Below, one piece after another: positions 8,219 through 17,423 of a DNA stretch of 64,000 nucleotides. The translations under genes and the position numbers were made by a program. This DNA comes from an uncultured Anaerolineaceae bacterium (GTDB lineage Bacteria; Chloroflexota; Anaerolineae; Anaerolineales; DRMV01): NCBI GenBank assembly GCA_964446575.1, contig CAYUOX010000052.1, forward strand, positions 180-64,179, read 5' to 3'. Each line of letters begins with the position of its first letter. Positions within the stretch are counted from its first letter, which is position 1. The notes under the pieces were generated by a model. That model did no database searches and was not told the origin of the DNA. It was given only the letters and a program-made list of their open reading frames with translations.

Positions 8219-9115
8219 ATGTTCGACCCCACTGCTTTGTGGGCGCGCTCAACGCCGCCATCGTGGAAGCCCGACCTGCGCGGCCGCACGGCCGCGGTAT
8301 TGGTGCGCGGGGGTGGCGATTTGGCCAGCGGTGTGGTGTTGCGCTTGTGGCGGGCCGGCCTGCCTGTGGTGGTGACCGAGTTGCCCCAGCCCTTGGTCGT
8401 GCGGCGCAAGGTCTCGTTTGCCGAAGCGGTCTATCAAGGCCGCACGCAGGTGGACGGCGTGACCGCCGTACGGGTGCCCGCGGAACTGTCCGCAGTGCGG
8501 GCCGCGTGGCAGCGCGGCCAAGTGCCCGTGGTGGTTGATCCTCCGGCCCGGCTGCGCCTCGCCCTGGCCCCCGCGGTGCTGGTCGACGGCCGCATGACCA
8601 AACGGCCGCCCGACCTGGGCCTGGACGCGGCCGCGCTGGTGATCGGCTTGGGCCCAGGTTTCATCGCGGGCGAAAATTGCCACGCGGCCATTGAGACCAT
8701 GCGCGGCCATACCTTGGGCCGGGTCTTATGGCAAGGCGCGCCGCTGCCCGACACCGGCTTGCCCGAGGCCGTGCTCAAACATCAGGCCGACCGGGTGCTG
8801 CGCGCGCCCGCCGACGGCGTCCTCGAGACGTTGGTCGAGATCGGCCAGGTCGTCGAGGCCGGCACGCCTTTGTTGCGGGTGGCCGGCGAGGTGGTGCGCG
8901 CGCCTTTTCGGGGCGCGGTGCGCGGTTTGATGCATTCAGGCCTCCAAGTCACGCGCGGCCTCAAGGTGGGCGATTTAGACCCCCGCGCCGACCCGCGCTA
9001 CGCGTTTCTGGTGTCTGACAAGGCCTTGGCCATCGGCGGCGGTGTGCTGGAGGCTGTGCTGAGTTTTCCCGCGCTGCGGGCATGTTTCTATGCTGCCGCG
9101 TGCGCGGCTGCGTGA
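8219..9115 (+). CDS. Selenium-dependent molybdenum hydroxylase system protein, YqeB/EF2563 family
   Basis: 'VLVRGGGDLASGVVLRLWRAGLPVVVTELPQPLVVRRKVSFAEAVYQGRTQVDGVTA' matches the family's conserved N-terminus as I recall it. GGGAGG RBS. Confidence 0.7.
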   Translation: MFDPTALWARSTPPSWKPDLRGRTAAVLVRGGGDLASGVVLRLWRAGLPVVVTELPQPLVVRRKVSFAEAVYQGRTQVDGVTAVRVPAELSAVRAAWQRGQVPVVVDPPARLRLALAPAVLVDGRMTKRPPDLGLDAAALVIGLGPGFIAGENCHAAIETMRGHTLGRVLWQGAPLPDTGLPEAVLKHQADRVLRAPADGVLETLVEIGQVVEAGTPLLRVAGEVVRAPFRGAVRGLMHSGLQVTRGLKVGDLDPRADPRYAFLVSDKALAIGGGVLEAVLSFPALRACFYAAACAAA

Positions 9116-9118
9116 GCC

Positions 9119-10489
9119 ATGGTGCCTTCTTCGCCTTTGCGTTTGGCCGATGCGCTGCGCCTGCAAGGCCACGAGCACGTGGCGTTGGTCGGCGCGGGCG
9201 GCAAGACGCGCACCCTCTTCACTTTGGCCCGAGAGTTAGCACCGGCGCTGGTCGTGACCACGACCCACTTGGCGCGCGAGGAAGCCGCACAGGCCGACCT
9301 CCATTGGGTGTGGGACCCCCATCTCTCGGCCGTGGCCGCGCGCCAAGCCCTGGATCGGTGGTCCCGCCAAGGGGTGTTGCTGGTCACCGGCCCGGCTCAC
9401 GCCGCACGCTGGACCGCGACGCCCGCGCTGGCCGCAGTGCAGGCTTGGGCCCGCGCTCGCGGCCTGCCCGTGCTTATCGAGGCCGACGGGGCGGCCCGGC
9501 GTGATCTCAAAGCCCCGGCGTCGCACGAACCCGCTTGGCCGCCTTACGCCGACGGCGTGTTGGTGCTGGCCCACGCGGCCGCCGTAGGACAGCCCCTCAC
9601 GGCCGAGCGGGTGCACCGTGCCGAGCGTTTTGCCGCGTTGGCCGGGCTGCCCTTGGCCGCGCGGCTCACCGTGGACGCGATCGCGCGCGTCTTGCGGCAC
9701 CCCCAAGGGCCCACGCGCGGGGTCCCGCGCGGCGCGTGGGTGCGGGCCGTGCTGCGCGGCGAAGACGCCCTCACCCAGGCGCGAGCCGGGCGTTTGGCTC
9801 GCGCGTTGCTCGCCTCGCGAGGACCCTACACCGCCGCGGCGGTCGTGCACACCACCCCTCGCGGGCAGGTGCGGCCCGTGGCCGTGGAAGAGCCGCGCGC
9901 GGGGGCGGTCTTGGCCGCGGGGGCCGCGCGGCGCTTTGGCGGTCGCCCCAAAGTGCTGCTGCGCTGGCAGGGCGAGCCCTTGGTGCGCCGCGCGGCGCGG
10001 GTCGCGTGGGAAGCCGGCTTACGGCCGGTCGTGGTCGTCGTAGGCGCGTCCGCGGACGCCGTCACGGCTGCCGTGGCCGATTTGCCGGTGCGCGTGGTGC
10101 ACAATCCAGCCTGGCGCGCGGGCTTGTCCACCTCCGTGCGGGCCGCGCTGCAGGCCATCGTCGACGCGGCGCCCGCCACCGGGGCCGTGGTCTTCTTCCC
10201 CGCGGATCACCCCCACTTGCCGTTGCGCTTACCCCGGGCCCTGGTCGAGGCGCACGCCGCCACGCTGGCCCCGATTGTGGCACCGCTGCTCATGGGCCAA
10301 CGCCGCGGGCAGCCCGTGCTGTTCGACCAGCGCACATTCACCGACCTGGCCACGCTGCAAGGGGATGTGGGCGGACGCGCCTTGTGGCGCCGCTATCCCG
10401 CGCATGGCGTGCTCTGGCTGGATGAAGCCGTCGGCGAGGACATCGATACGCCGCAAGACTGGGTCCGCTGGCAGGAGAGGCCGCGATGA
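9119..10489 (+). CDS. Fusion protein: YqeC-family hydroxylase accessory protein + MobA/MocA-like molybdenum-cofactor nucleotidyltransferase
   Basis: N-terminal half has the YqeC-like P-loop 'HVALVGAGGKTRTLFTLARELAPALVVTTTHL'. C-terminal half is MocA/MobA-like: 'AVLAAGAARRFGGRPKVLLRWQGEPLVRR...VVFFPADHPHL...DIDTPQD'. Confidence 0.7.
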   Translation: MVPSSPLRLADALRLQGHEHVALVGAGGKTRTLFTLARELAPALVVTTTHLAREEAAQADLHWVWDPHLSAVAARQALDRWSRQGVLLVTGPAHAARWTATPALAAVQAWARARGLPVLIEADGAARRDLKAPASHEPAWPPYADGVLVLAHAAAVGQPLTAERVHRAERFAALAGLPLAARLTVDAIARVLRHPQGPTRGVPRGAWVRAVLRGEDALTQARAGRLARALLASRGPYTAAAVVHTTPRGQVRPVAVEEPRAGAVLAAGAARRFGGRPKVLLRWQGEPLVRRAARVAWEAGLRPVVVVVGASADAVTAAVADLPVRVVHNPAWRAGLSTSVRAALQAIVDAAPATGAVVFFPADHPHLPLRLPRALVEAHAATLAPIVAPLLMGQRRGQPVLFDQRTFTDLATLQGDVGGRALWRRYPAHGVLWLDEAVGEDIDTPQDWVRWQERPR

Positions 10490-11580
10490 GACGCTGGCTG
10501 GGCGTGTTGTTGCGCGTGACCGCGCGGGTGGTGGTCGGCTTCTTCCCCGCGGTCGCCCTGCTTTTCGTCATCCTCATCGAGCCGTGGGCGAACATCGCAC
10601 TGAAAGGGATGCTGATTCTGACCGCGCTGCTCTTGGCGGTCTTGTGGTGGCATTCTCGCCGAGACCCCGCGTTGCGTCAGGCTTTGTGGATCGCAGGCCT
10701 GTTCTTGGTAGTGACCATTGCCTGCGGCACCACCGCGGCCCTTTTCTTCGCGCGTCTGACTTGGCAGGATTTGTGGGCTCGGGCCGTGCACGCCACCGCG
10801 GTGCCCCCGTCGCCGCGCGCGACCGAACCGCCCTTGCCTTCCCAACAGCGGTTGTGGCACGAGGCCGCGCCCGAATGGCTGGCCCAATCGGTGTCGTGGG
10901 ATCTGCTGCCCTTGCCTGCCATGCCTTGGTGGCGCGCGGGGTTCTGGGAGGTGGCCGCGGAGCCCCAATGGCCCTACACCCGCTTCCTACCCGGCGGGGC
11001 GTATCAGGTCGTCGTGCCTCAACCCTTGCAGGCCGCGCTGCTTTTGGCCCCTTGGGGCCGCGCGCCCAGCGCGGATGTGACCATTCGGGCCCAACTCCGC
11101 TGGGAGGGGCTGTCGCGCGTGGGGGTGTGGGGGGTCGTGTGCCGCGCCCAAAACGCGACGCGTTTCTACGCCTTTACGGTGCGCGGGGATGACTGGGCCG
11201 CCATTTGGAAGCACACCCCCGACGGTGCGGTCAAATTGGCTCCTTGGACCCAGTGGCGGCTCCCCGAGCCAGAGCGGTCGCGGGGCGAGCCGCCCGTGGG
11301 CGTGGTGCCAGCGCCCACCGCGCCCGCGCCGGCTGCGGTCACGCCTACGGTGACGCCCACGCCGGGCCTGCCGCGCGTCCAAGGTCGCGCGCGGCTGACC
11401 GCGGTCTGCCGCGGTCGTACGCTGCAGTTGTATGTGGATGGCTTGCTCGCGGCCGAGGCCGAAGACCCCGATCCTTATGTCGGCGGTGCGGTGGGGTTGT
11501 GGGCCGTGGCCCCGCCGACCGGTGACTGGCAGGTGACTTGGCTGGACTTTGACGTGTATCTGGATGCACCGTCGCGATGA
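10486..11580 (+). CDS. Membrane-anchored hypothetical protein with Pro/Thr linker and beta-rich C-terminal parts
   Basis: ATGA overlap with the upstream gene. Three N-terminal TM helices. 'YAFTVRGDDWAAIWKH' and 'LQLYVDGLLAAEAEDP...GLWA' resemble a lectin/jelly-roll-like fold, which is inference. Confidence 0.55.
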   Translation: MRRWLGVLLRVTARVVVGFFPAVALLFVILIEPWANIALKGMLILTALLLAVLWWHSRRDPALRQALWIAGLFLVVTIACGTTAALFFARLTWQDLWARAVHATAVPPSPRATEPPLPSQQRLWHEAAPEWLAQSVSWDLLPLPAMPWWRAGFWEVAAEPQWPYTRFLPGGAYQVVVPQPLQAALLLAPWGRAPSADVTIRAQLRWEGLSRVGVWGVVCRAQNATRFYAFTVRGDDWAAIWKHTPDGAVKLAPWTQWRLPEPERSRGEPPVGVVPAPTAPAPAAVTPTVTPTPGLPRVQGRARLTAVCRGRTLQLYVDGLLAAEAEDPDPYVGGAVGLWAVAPPTGDWQVTWLDFDVYLDAPSR

Positions 11581-11604
11581 CTTCCCCGCGGGCCGCCGAC
11601 GCGC

Positions 11605-12771
11605 CTACCGGCCGGCGCCGAGATCCGCCGCGTGGGCCGCGACATAAGGCCGCACGCGCGGCGCGAGCCAGCCGTCGCGTTGATAGGCCGGATACACAGC
11701 CAGACGCTCGACCAACCGATACCCCGCGGCTTCGGTGACTTGACGCAACTCGTCCAGTTTGGGCCACGGCGCCTCAGGGTTGATGTGGTCGCGGGTCACG
11801 GGCGAGACACCGCCCCAATCGTTGGCCCCGGCCAACAGATACAGGCCATACGCGTCGGGCGCCAGGTTCGGGGGGGCTTGCACATTCATCTGCGGACCTA
11901 AAATCAGTCGGGCCAGCGCCAAGGTGCGGAGCATCTCCCAAACCGTGGGCTCGGGGTGCTGGGCCATGCGGGTGCCCGGTTTGGCCCGAAAGTTCTGCAC
12001 AATGACCTCTTGGATGTGCCCATAACGGCGGTGTAAATCGGCAATGGCGAACAAGGTATCGACCCGCTCCTCAGGGGTTTCGCCGATGCCGATGAGCAGC
12101 CCAGTGGTGAAGGGGATGCGCAGCCGCCCCGCGTCTTTGAGCATGCGCAGGCGCACGCGTGGGTGTTTGTCAGGGCAACCGAAGTGCGGCCCTCCGGGTT
12201 GCAGCAAGCGTTCGCTGACCGATTCCAGCATCAAGCCCATGCTGGCACTGACCTCACGCAGTTGGGCCATCTCGTCATAGTGCAGCACACCTGGGTTCAG
12301 GTGGGGCAACAAGCCGGTCTCATCCAGCACGCGTCCGGCCATGGCGTGCAGATAAGCCACTGTTGAGGGGTAACCCAAACGGGCCAGCGCCTGCCGCGCC
12401 GCGCGATGCCGGGCTTCGGGCCGGTCGCCCAGACTGAAGAGGGCTTCGCGGCAGCCGTGGGCCGCGCCCGCCCGAGCCAAGGCCAGCACCTCGTCGGGCG
12501 TCAGGTAGCGGGCCGCGGGGTCGCCAGGGTGCTTGACGAACGCGCAGTACGCGCAGCGATCGCGGCACAACGTGGTGAGGGGGATGAACACATTGCGGGA
12601 AAAGGACACCGTGCGGCCGTGGCCTTGGTGCGCCCACTCAGCCGCCAGGGCCATGAGCGCGGCCAGAACCGGGCCTTGCGCGCGGCTGAGGGCATAGGCT
12701 TCTTCGCGGGTGATGGTGCCGCGGCGGGCGACCCGGCGCACGATCGCGTCCAACGAAGAGGAGGGGCTCAT
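11605..12771 (-). CDS. cofG: FO synthase subunit 1 (7,8-didemethyl-8-hydroxy-5-deazariboflavin synthase CofG), radical SAM
   Basis: 'NVFIPLTTLCRDRCAYCAF' CofG-type CxxxCxxC motif, plus 'NDWGGVSPVTRDHINPEAPWP' at the C-terminus. Confidence 0.85.
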   Translation of the reverse strand: MSPSSSLDAIVRRVARRGTITREEAYALSRAQGPVLAALMALAAEWAHQGHGRTVSFSRNVFIPLTTLCRDRCAYCAFVKHPGDPAARYLTPDEVLALARAGAAHGCREALFSLGDRPEARHRAARQALARLGYPSTVAYLHAMAGRVLDETGLLPHLNPGVLHYDEMAQLREVSASMGLMLESVSERLLQPGGPHFGCPDKHPRVRLRMLKDAGRLRIPFTTGLLIGIGETPEERVDTLFAIADLHRRYGHIQEVIVQNFRAKPGTRMAQHPEPTVWEMLRTLALARLILGPQMNVQAPPNLAPDAYGLYLLAGANDWGGVSPVTRDHINPEAPWPKLDELRQVTEAAGYRLVERLAVYPAYQRDGWLAPRVRPYVAAHAADLGAGR

Positions 12772-14039
12772 GGCTCTGTGTTTTCACCCTGGGCAATGGC
12801 TTCGACCAACTGCGCGGCGCGCGTGAGCCCGTCGGCCGCGCGCAGGGTTTGGCCCAACGCGGCGGCTCGCGCGCGCAAATCAGCATCGTGCAGGGCCTGT
12901 TCCAGCGCGCGGGCCAGCGCCTGGGCCGTGAGCCGTCGCCGCGGGATGGGCGTAGGGCCGACGCCTAACGCAGCCACCCGTCGGCCCCAAAAGGGTTGGT
13001 CCATCAGATAGGGCACCACGACCGCGGGCACACCCGCGTGCAACCCCGCGGCCGTCGTGCCCGCGCCCCCATGGTGCACCACGGCCGCACAGCGGGGGAA
13101 CAGCCAAGTGTGGGGCACATCGTCGACCACCAAAATGTCCTCGGGCCGCGCACCCCGGCCCAAGCGGGCCCATCCCCCCAGCAGAATGCCCCGGCGGCCC
13201 ACCATGCGTAAGGCCTGGATCACCAACCGCGTCAGCCCTTCGGGGTCGGGGTCTACCATGCTTCCAAAGCCGATATAGACGGGCGGCGGACCGGCTTCGA
13301 GAAAGGCCTGCAGCGCGGGGTCGGGCTGCCAAGCCTCGTCGGGGGGCAACAGCCAATAGCCCGTGAGGTGCACCTCCGCGCCCCACTCCGGCGGTTTGGG
13401 CACCACCTGCTCGGGGAATGCGTACAGCATGGGTTTGGGGAAGGGGTCGGCCGAGGCAAAGTCGCGCCAAGGTCGTGGGGGCAAGCCCAACACTTGCGTG
13501 CGAAAGCGGTTCACGAAGGGCCGAGCCAGCCATCCCAGCACGCCGTTGACCCAGGTATAGGTGGCGCGGTTGTAGAGCCGTTGCCCCGGCCAGCCCCGCG
13601 GCCAGGCTGGGGCCAAGGGATGGGCAAACTGCGCGGTAGGCGTCAGGGGTTGCACGGCCGCGGTGATGGCCGGAATGCCCCGGTGGGCGGCAATGTCGGC
13701 AGCCACCATAGCCAAGGGCGAGAAGACCACCACATCCGCGTGACGCGCCTCGGCCTCGATGCGTCGGAAGATCGTGTCGGCCGTGCTTCGGCCGCTGCGG
13801 GCCAGTTCCAGCAATTGACGCGCGGGGTTGCGGTGCCCTACCCGCACCAACGAGGCCATATGGCGCTGCACTTTCGCGTCGAATGGTGCCGCGTGCAAAC
13901 CATAGCGTTGCACCAGCGGAACGAAGACCTGGTCGGCTACGATGGTGACCTGATGCCCGCGGCGTGCCAACGCCCAACCCAGCGCGACGAACGGTTGGAC
14001 ATCGCCCCGGCTGCCCAGGGCTGCGATGAGTACGCGCAT
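12768..14039 (-). CDS. GT1-family (MGT/UDP-glycosyltransferase-like) glycosyltransferase
   Basis: 'MRVLIAALGSRGDVQPFVALGWALARRGHQV' N-terminus and the C-terminal 'HHGGAGTTAAGLHAGVPAVVVPYLMDQPFWG' nucleotide-sugar motif. GAGGAGG RBS. ATGA overlap with cofG. Confidence 0.85.
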   Translation of the reverse strand: MRVLIAALGSRGDVQPFVALGWALARRGHQVTIVADQVFVPLVQRYGLHAAPFDAKVQRHMASLVRVGHRNPARQLLELARSGRSTADTIFRRIEAEARHADVVVFSPLAMVAADIAAHRGIPAITAAVQPLTPTAQFAHPLAPAWPRGWPGQRLYNRATYTWVNGVLGWLARPFVNRFRTQVLGLPPRPWRDFASADPFPKPMLYAFPEQVVPKPPEWGAEVHLTGYWLLPPDEAWQPDPALQAFLEAGPPPVYIGFGSMVDPDPEGLTRLVIQALRMVGRRGILLGGWARLGRGARPEDILVVDDVPHTWLFPRCAAVVHHGGAGTTAAGLHAGVPAVVVPYLMDQPFWGRRVAALGVGPTPIPRRRLTAQALARALEQALHDADLRARAAALGQTLRAADGLTRAAQLVEAIAQGENTEP

Positions 14040-14212
14040 GGACCTCCTCGGCCGCGAAAAGTGCCTCCCATGATACCACGAAACCCGTGGCTCGCGGTAC
14101 AATGCTACGCATCCCGCGACCCGGCCGGCGCGGCCGCGGGCGTCGTGACGCTCAGGCCGGGTCAGCATGGCCGCTGGCGCGCGGCGGCCCATCCGACCTG
14201 GTGCGAGGTGCT

Positions 14213-14632
14213 ATGACCACGCCATCGTCTGACTGGGAGCATCCTTGGCGTTTGCTGGCCGACGCGCTGCGCACCCTGTGGCGGCTGGGCGCGACCCCAC
14301 GGGCTGTGCGCCGCTTCGTCGTCTTGTATGTCGCCGTCGTGACCGTGTTGGTAGGCCTGGGCAGCGCGTTTTTGCTCATGTTCTTGGGCGTGCTGCGGGC
14401 CTTGTTTTTGGCCGCGCCCCTTTACCCCCGCGTTGCGGCCGGGCTGCGTTGGTTGGGCTGGGAGCCCCCCGCTCGCTTCGACGCCGCCCCCAGCCGTTGG
14501 CGCACCTTGCACACGGCCTTGTGGGTCGTGCTCAGCAGTGCCGCGGTGCTGGCGGGTGGATGGGTGCTGTGGAGCCAGGGCTTCTGCGCCCAAAACTGGC
14601 TTTGCAAACTCGGTTTGTTTTCCGGAGGCTAA
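14213..14632 (+). CDS. Small membrane protein, unknown function
   Basis: GAGGTG RBS at 14205-14210. Three hydrophobic helices. Product is 139 aa. Confidence 0.45.
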   Translation: MTTPSSDWEHPWRLLADALRTLWRLGATPRAVRRFVVLYVAVVTVLVGLGSAFLLMFLGVLRALFLAAPLYPRVAAGLRWLGWEPPARFDAAPSRWRTLHTALWVVLSSAAVLAGGWVLWSQGFCAQNWLCKLGLFSGG

Positions 14633-14693
14633 GACGGTCGCGCGCAGGTGACACGCGAGTTTTGTCGAATTTTACTCCCAGGGGGAGACCGCG

Positions 14694-17357
14694 ATGACTC
14701 TGCCGTCCAATCCCTACATCGCTGGCGAGCCGGTCGGCCGAACGTCCGCGTTCGTGGGCCGTGACGATGTGCTGCGGGAGATTTTGCACATCCTCCGCCA
14801 CCCCGCTCAGAACGCCATTACCCTGTTCGGGCAGCGCCGCATTGGCAAAACGTCCATCTTGCAATGGTTGGAGGTGCACCTGCCCACCCACGGCCCCTAT
14901 GTGCCCGTGTATTTCGACCTGATGGGTTGGGCCGGCCGACCCTTGGCCGAGATTTTGCAAGGGTTGGCCGAAGCGATTGCCCGCACGTTGGCCTTGCAGC
15001 CCCCGCGTTTGGGGGACGCGGCCGAACGGGCCTTCCGGGAAATTTGGTTGCCACATGCGCTGCAGACCCTGGCGCCTGACCAGGTGCTGGTGCTGCTCAT
15101 GGACGAGTTCGACGTTCAGGCCGACCCCGACACGGATCGCCAAATCAAGCATGACTTCTTCCGCTATATGCGCGACCTGCGCCAACTGAACCCTGCCCGG
15201 CTGCAATTCGTCTTTGTGCTGGGCCGTTCGTTAGACGACCTGGACATTGTGGCCCAAGGTCTGTTTAAGGACTTGCCGCACCGTCGGGTGTCGTTGTTGG
15301 ACCGTCACGCGACCGAGACCTTGGTGCGTTTGTCTGAGCGCGAGGGTTCGCTGACCTGGACCGACGACGCGGTGGCGCGCGTGTGGGAATGGACATCCGG
15401 CCATCCCTATTTGACCCAGGCGTTGTGCGCGGAGGTATGGGATGCTGCCTATGACGCGAGCCCTGAACCGCCGCCTGTGACGCCGGAAGCCGTGGACGAC
15501 GCGGTGCCGGGCACGCTGGAGCGTAGCGAGCACATGTTCGTCTGGCTGTGGGATGGCTTAGGTCCGGCCGAGAAGGTGGTGGCCGCCGCGCTGGCGCAAG
15601 CCGGCCCTGGGGTGGTTTCGGCCGAGCAGTTGCGTCGCATTTTGGCCGAAAGCGGGGTGCGCATTCTGTTGCGCGAACTGCAAGACGCACCGCGCATTTT
15701 GCAGTCGTGGGATATTCTGGCCCCGGCCAACGGCGGTTATCGTTTTCAGGTCGAATTGCTGCGCCGTTGGATTGCCGAGAACAAGCCCTTGGGACGCACG
15801 CAAGACGAATTGGACCGCCTCAACCCCGTGGCCGATAGCCTTTATCAGGCCGGCCGGGGACTGTATGAACAAGGCGACTGGCCCCGCGCGCGCGATTTGC
15901 TCCAGCAGGCCTTGGAATTGAACCCTTCGCATATGGGCGCGTTGGAACTGTTGGGTGAGATTTGTTTGGCCCAGGGCGAATTGGATGCTGCCCAGCATTA
16001 TTTAGAGCGTCTGGCTGACTTGGCCCCCGGCCGCGCCCGTTATCGCCTCAAGCAGATCTATCTGAAGCGCGCGGCCCAAGCCGCCACGCTCGAAGAACAA
16101 ATGACGTGGTACGACCGCATTTTGGCCTTGCTCCCCGATGACCCCGACGCGCGCGCGGCCCAAGAGGCGTTGCAACAGGCCCTCAATGAAGAGGCCGAGT
16201 TGGCCGAGCGCTTTGCCCAAGGCCGCGACGCGTTGCAACGCCGCGAGTGGCAGCAGGCCGTCGACGCGCTGCATTGGGTGGTGAGCCGCCGCCCTGATTA
16301 TCGCGAGGGCGCGGTGTGGGCCGCGGCCCTGTTAGCGCAGGCGGTTCAGCGCCAAGCGCGCCAGCCCCGCGGCCGCCGCTGGCCTTGGGCCTTGCTGGGC
16401 CTGGGCCTGGTCGCGCTGGTCTGGGGGTTGCTCTGGGCGCGGTCTGCGCCGCGCGCGGTTCGGTCGACCCCGACGACGGCATCGAGCGCGAGTCGCGATG
16501 GCCTCGCGCGGAGCCCGTCCCCCACTGCCAAGGCCGCGGCCGCACACAGCACAGCATCGCCCACCACGACCGCGACGCACACCCTGACCCCCACGGCCTC
16601 ACCAACGGCCACCCCCGTGCCAACCCCAACCCTGGGCGTGGGCAGTCGCTGGACGCGGCCCGGCGACCGCATGGTGATGGTGTACATTCCCGCGGGCTCT
16701 TTTCTCATGGGCAGCGAGTCGGGCGATGCGGACGAGCGGCCTTTGCATCAGGTGCAATTGGACGCGTTTTGGATGGATCGCCACGAAGTGACCAATGAGA
16801 TGTATCGGCTGTGCGTGAGCGCGCGGGTGTGCGAGCAGCCCGCGGTGCTCGGGGCCTTCGAGGACCCACGCTACGCGGATTACCCGGTTGCGTATGTGTC
16901 GTGGTATGACGCGCAAACGTATTGTCAGTGGATGGGTGGGCGGTTGCCCACCGAGGCCGAGTGGGAGTACGCGGCGCGCGGGGGCTTGGAGGGGATGATG
17001 TATCCGTGGGGCAATGAGGAGCCGGTGTGCACGCCGCATGCGCCCAACGGCGCGCAGTATCGGGCCTGTGGCACGGAGTTGGCGCCGGTGATGACGTATG
17101 GGCCCAACGGTTATGGCCTGTTTGACATGGCCGGCAACGTGTGGGAATGGGTGATGGACTGGTATCAGGCCGACTATTATCGGGTGTCGCCGGTGCGGCA
17201 ACCTTTGGGGCCTGAGTTTGGGGTGGCGCGGGTGCTGCGCGGGGGCAGCCGCATCAATTACGCGCTCGAACTGCGTGTAGCCAACCGCTCGTGGAACACT
17301 CCCGCGACCAAGCGGGGTTATATTGGCTTTCGTTGTGTGCGCCCGATGTGGCCATGA
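14694..17357 (+). CDS. Multidomain STAND-like ATPase: P-loop NTPase + wHTH + TPR repeats + TM helix + Ser/Thr/Pro linker + SUMF1/FGE-sulfatase-like domain
   Basis: Walker A 'GQRRIGKTS', Walker B 'VLVLLMDEFD', and 'SGHPYLTQAL'. TPR-like helices span about residues 390-560. TM segment 'WPWALLGLGLVALVWGLLWA'. C-terminus 'YIPAGSFLMGS...YVSWYDAQTYCQWMGGRLPTEAEWEYAARGG...AGNVWEWVMDWY...VLRGGS...GFRCVRP'. Confidence 0.85.
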   Translation: MTLPSNPYIAGEPVGRTSAFVGRDDVLREILHILRHPAQNAITLFGQRRIGKTSILQWLEVHLPTHGPYVPVYFDLMGWAGRPLAEILQGLAEAIARTLALQPPRLGDAAERAFREIWLPHALQTLAPDQVLVLLMDEFDVQADPDTDRQIKHDFFRYMRDLRQLNPARLQFVFVLGRSLDDLDIVAQGLFKDLPHRRVSLLDRHATETLVRLSEREGSLTWTDDAVARVWEWTSGHPYLTQALCAEVWDAAYDASPEPPPVTPEAVDDAVPGTLERSEHMFVWLWDGLGPAEKVVAAALAQAGPGVVSAEQLRRILAESGVRILLRELQDAPRILQSWDILAPANGGYRFQVELLRRWIAENKPLGRTQDELDRLNPVADSLYQAGRGLYEQGDWPRARDLLQQALELNPSHMGALELLGEICLAQGELDAAQHYLERLADLAPGRARYRLKQIYLKRAAQAATLEEQMTWYDRILALLPDDPDARAAQEALQQALNEEAELAERFAQGRDALQRREWQQAVDALHWVVSRRPDYREGAVWAAALLAQAVQRQARQPRGRRWPWALLGLGLVALVWGLLWARSAPRAVRSTPTTASSASRDGLARSPSPTAKAAAAHSTASPTTTATHTLTPTASPTATPVPTPTLGVGSRWTRPGDRMVMVYIPAGSFLMGSESGDADERPLHQVQLDAFWMDRHEVTNEMYRLCVSARVCEQPAVLGAFEDPRYADYPVAYVSWYDAQTYCQWMGGRLPTEAEWEYAARGGLEGMMYPWGNEEPVCTPHAPNGAQYRACGTELAPVMTYGPNGYGLFDMAGNVWEWVMDWYQADYYRVSPVRQPLGPEFGVARVLRGGSRINYALELRVANRSWNTPATKRGYIGFRCVRPMWP

Positions 17358-17423
17358 TTTTCTGCCACGGGCGAGGGTGAGGGGCACCTCAGGCGGCCCA
17401 GGCCGCCCAACACAGGAGGCAGC

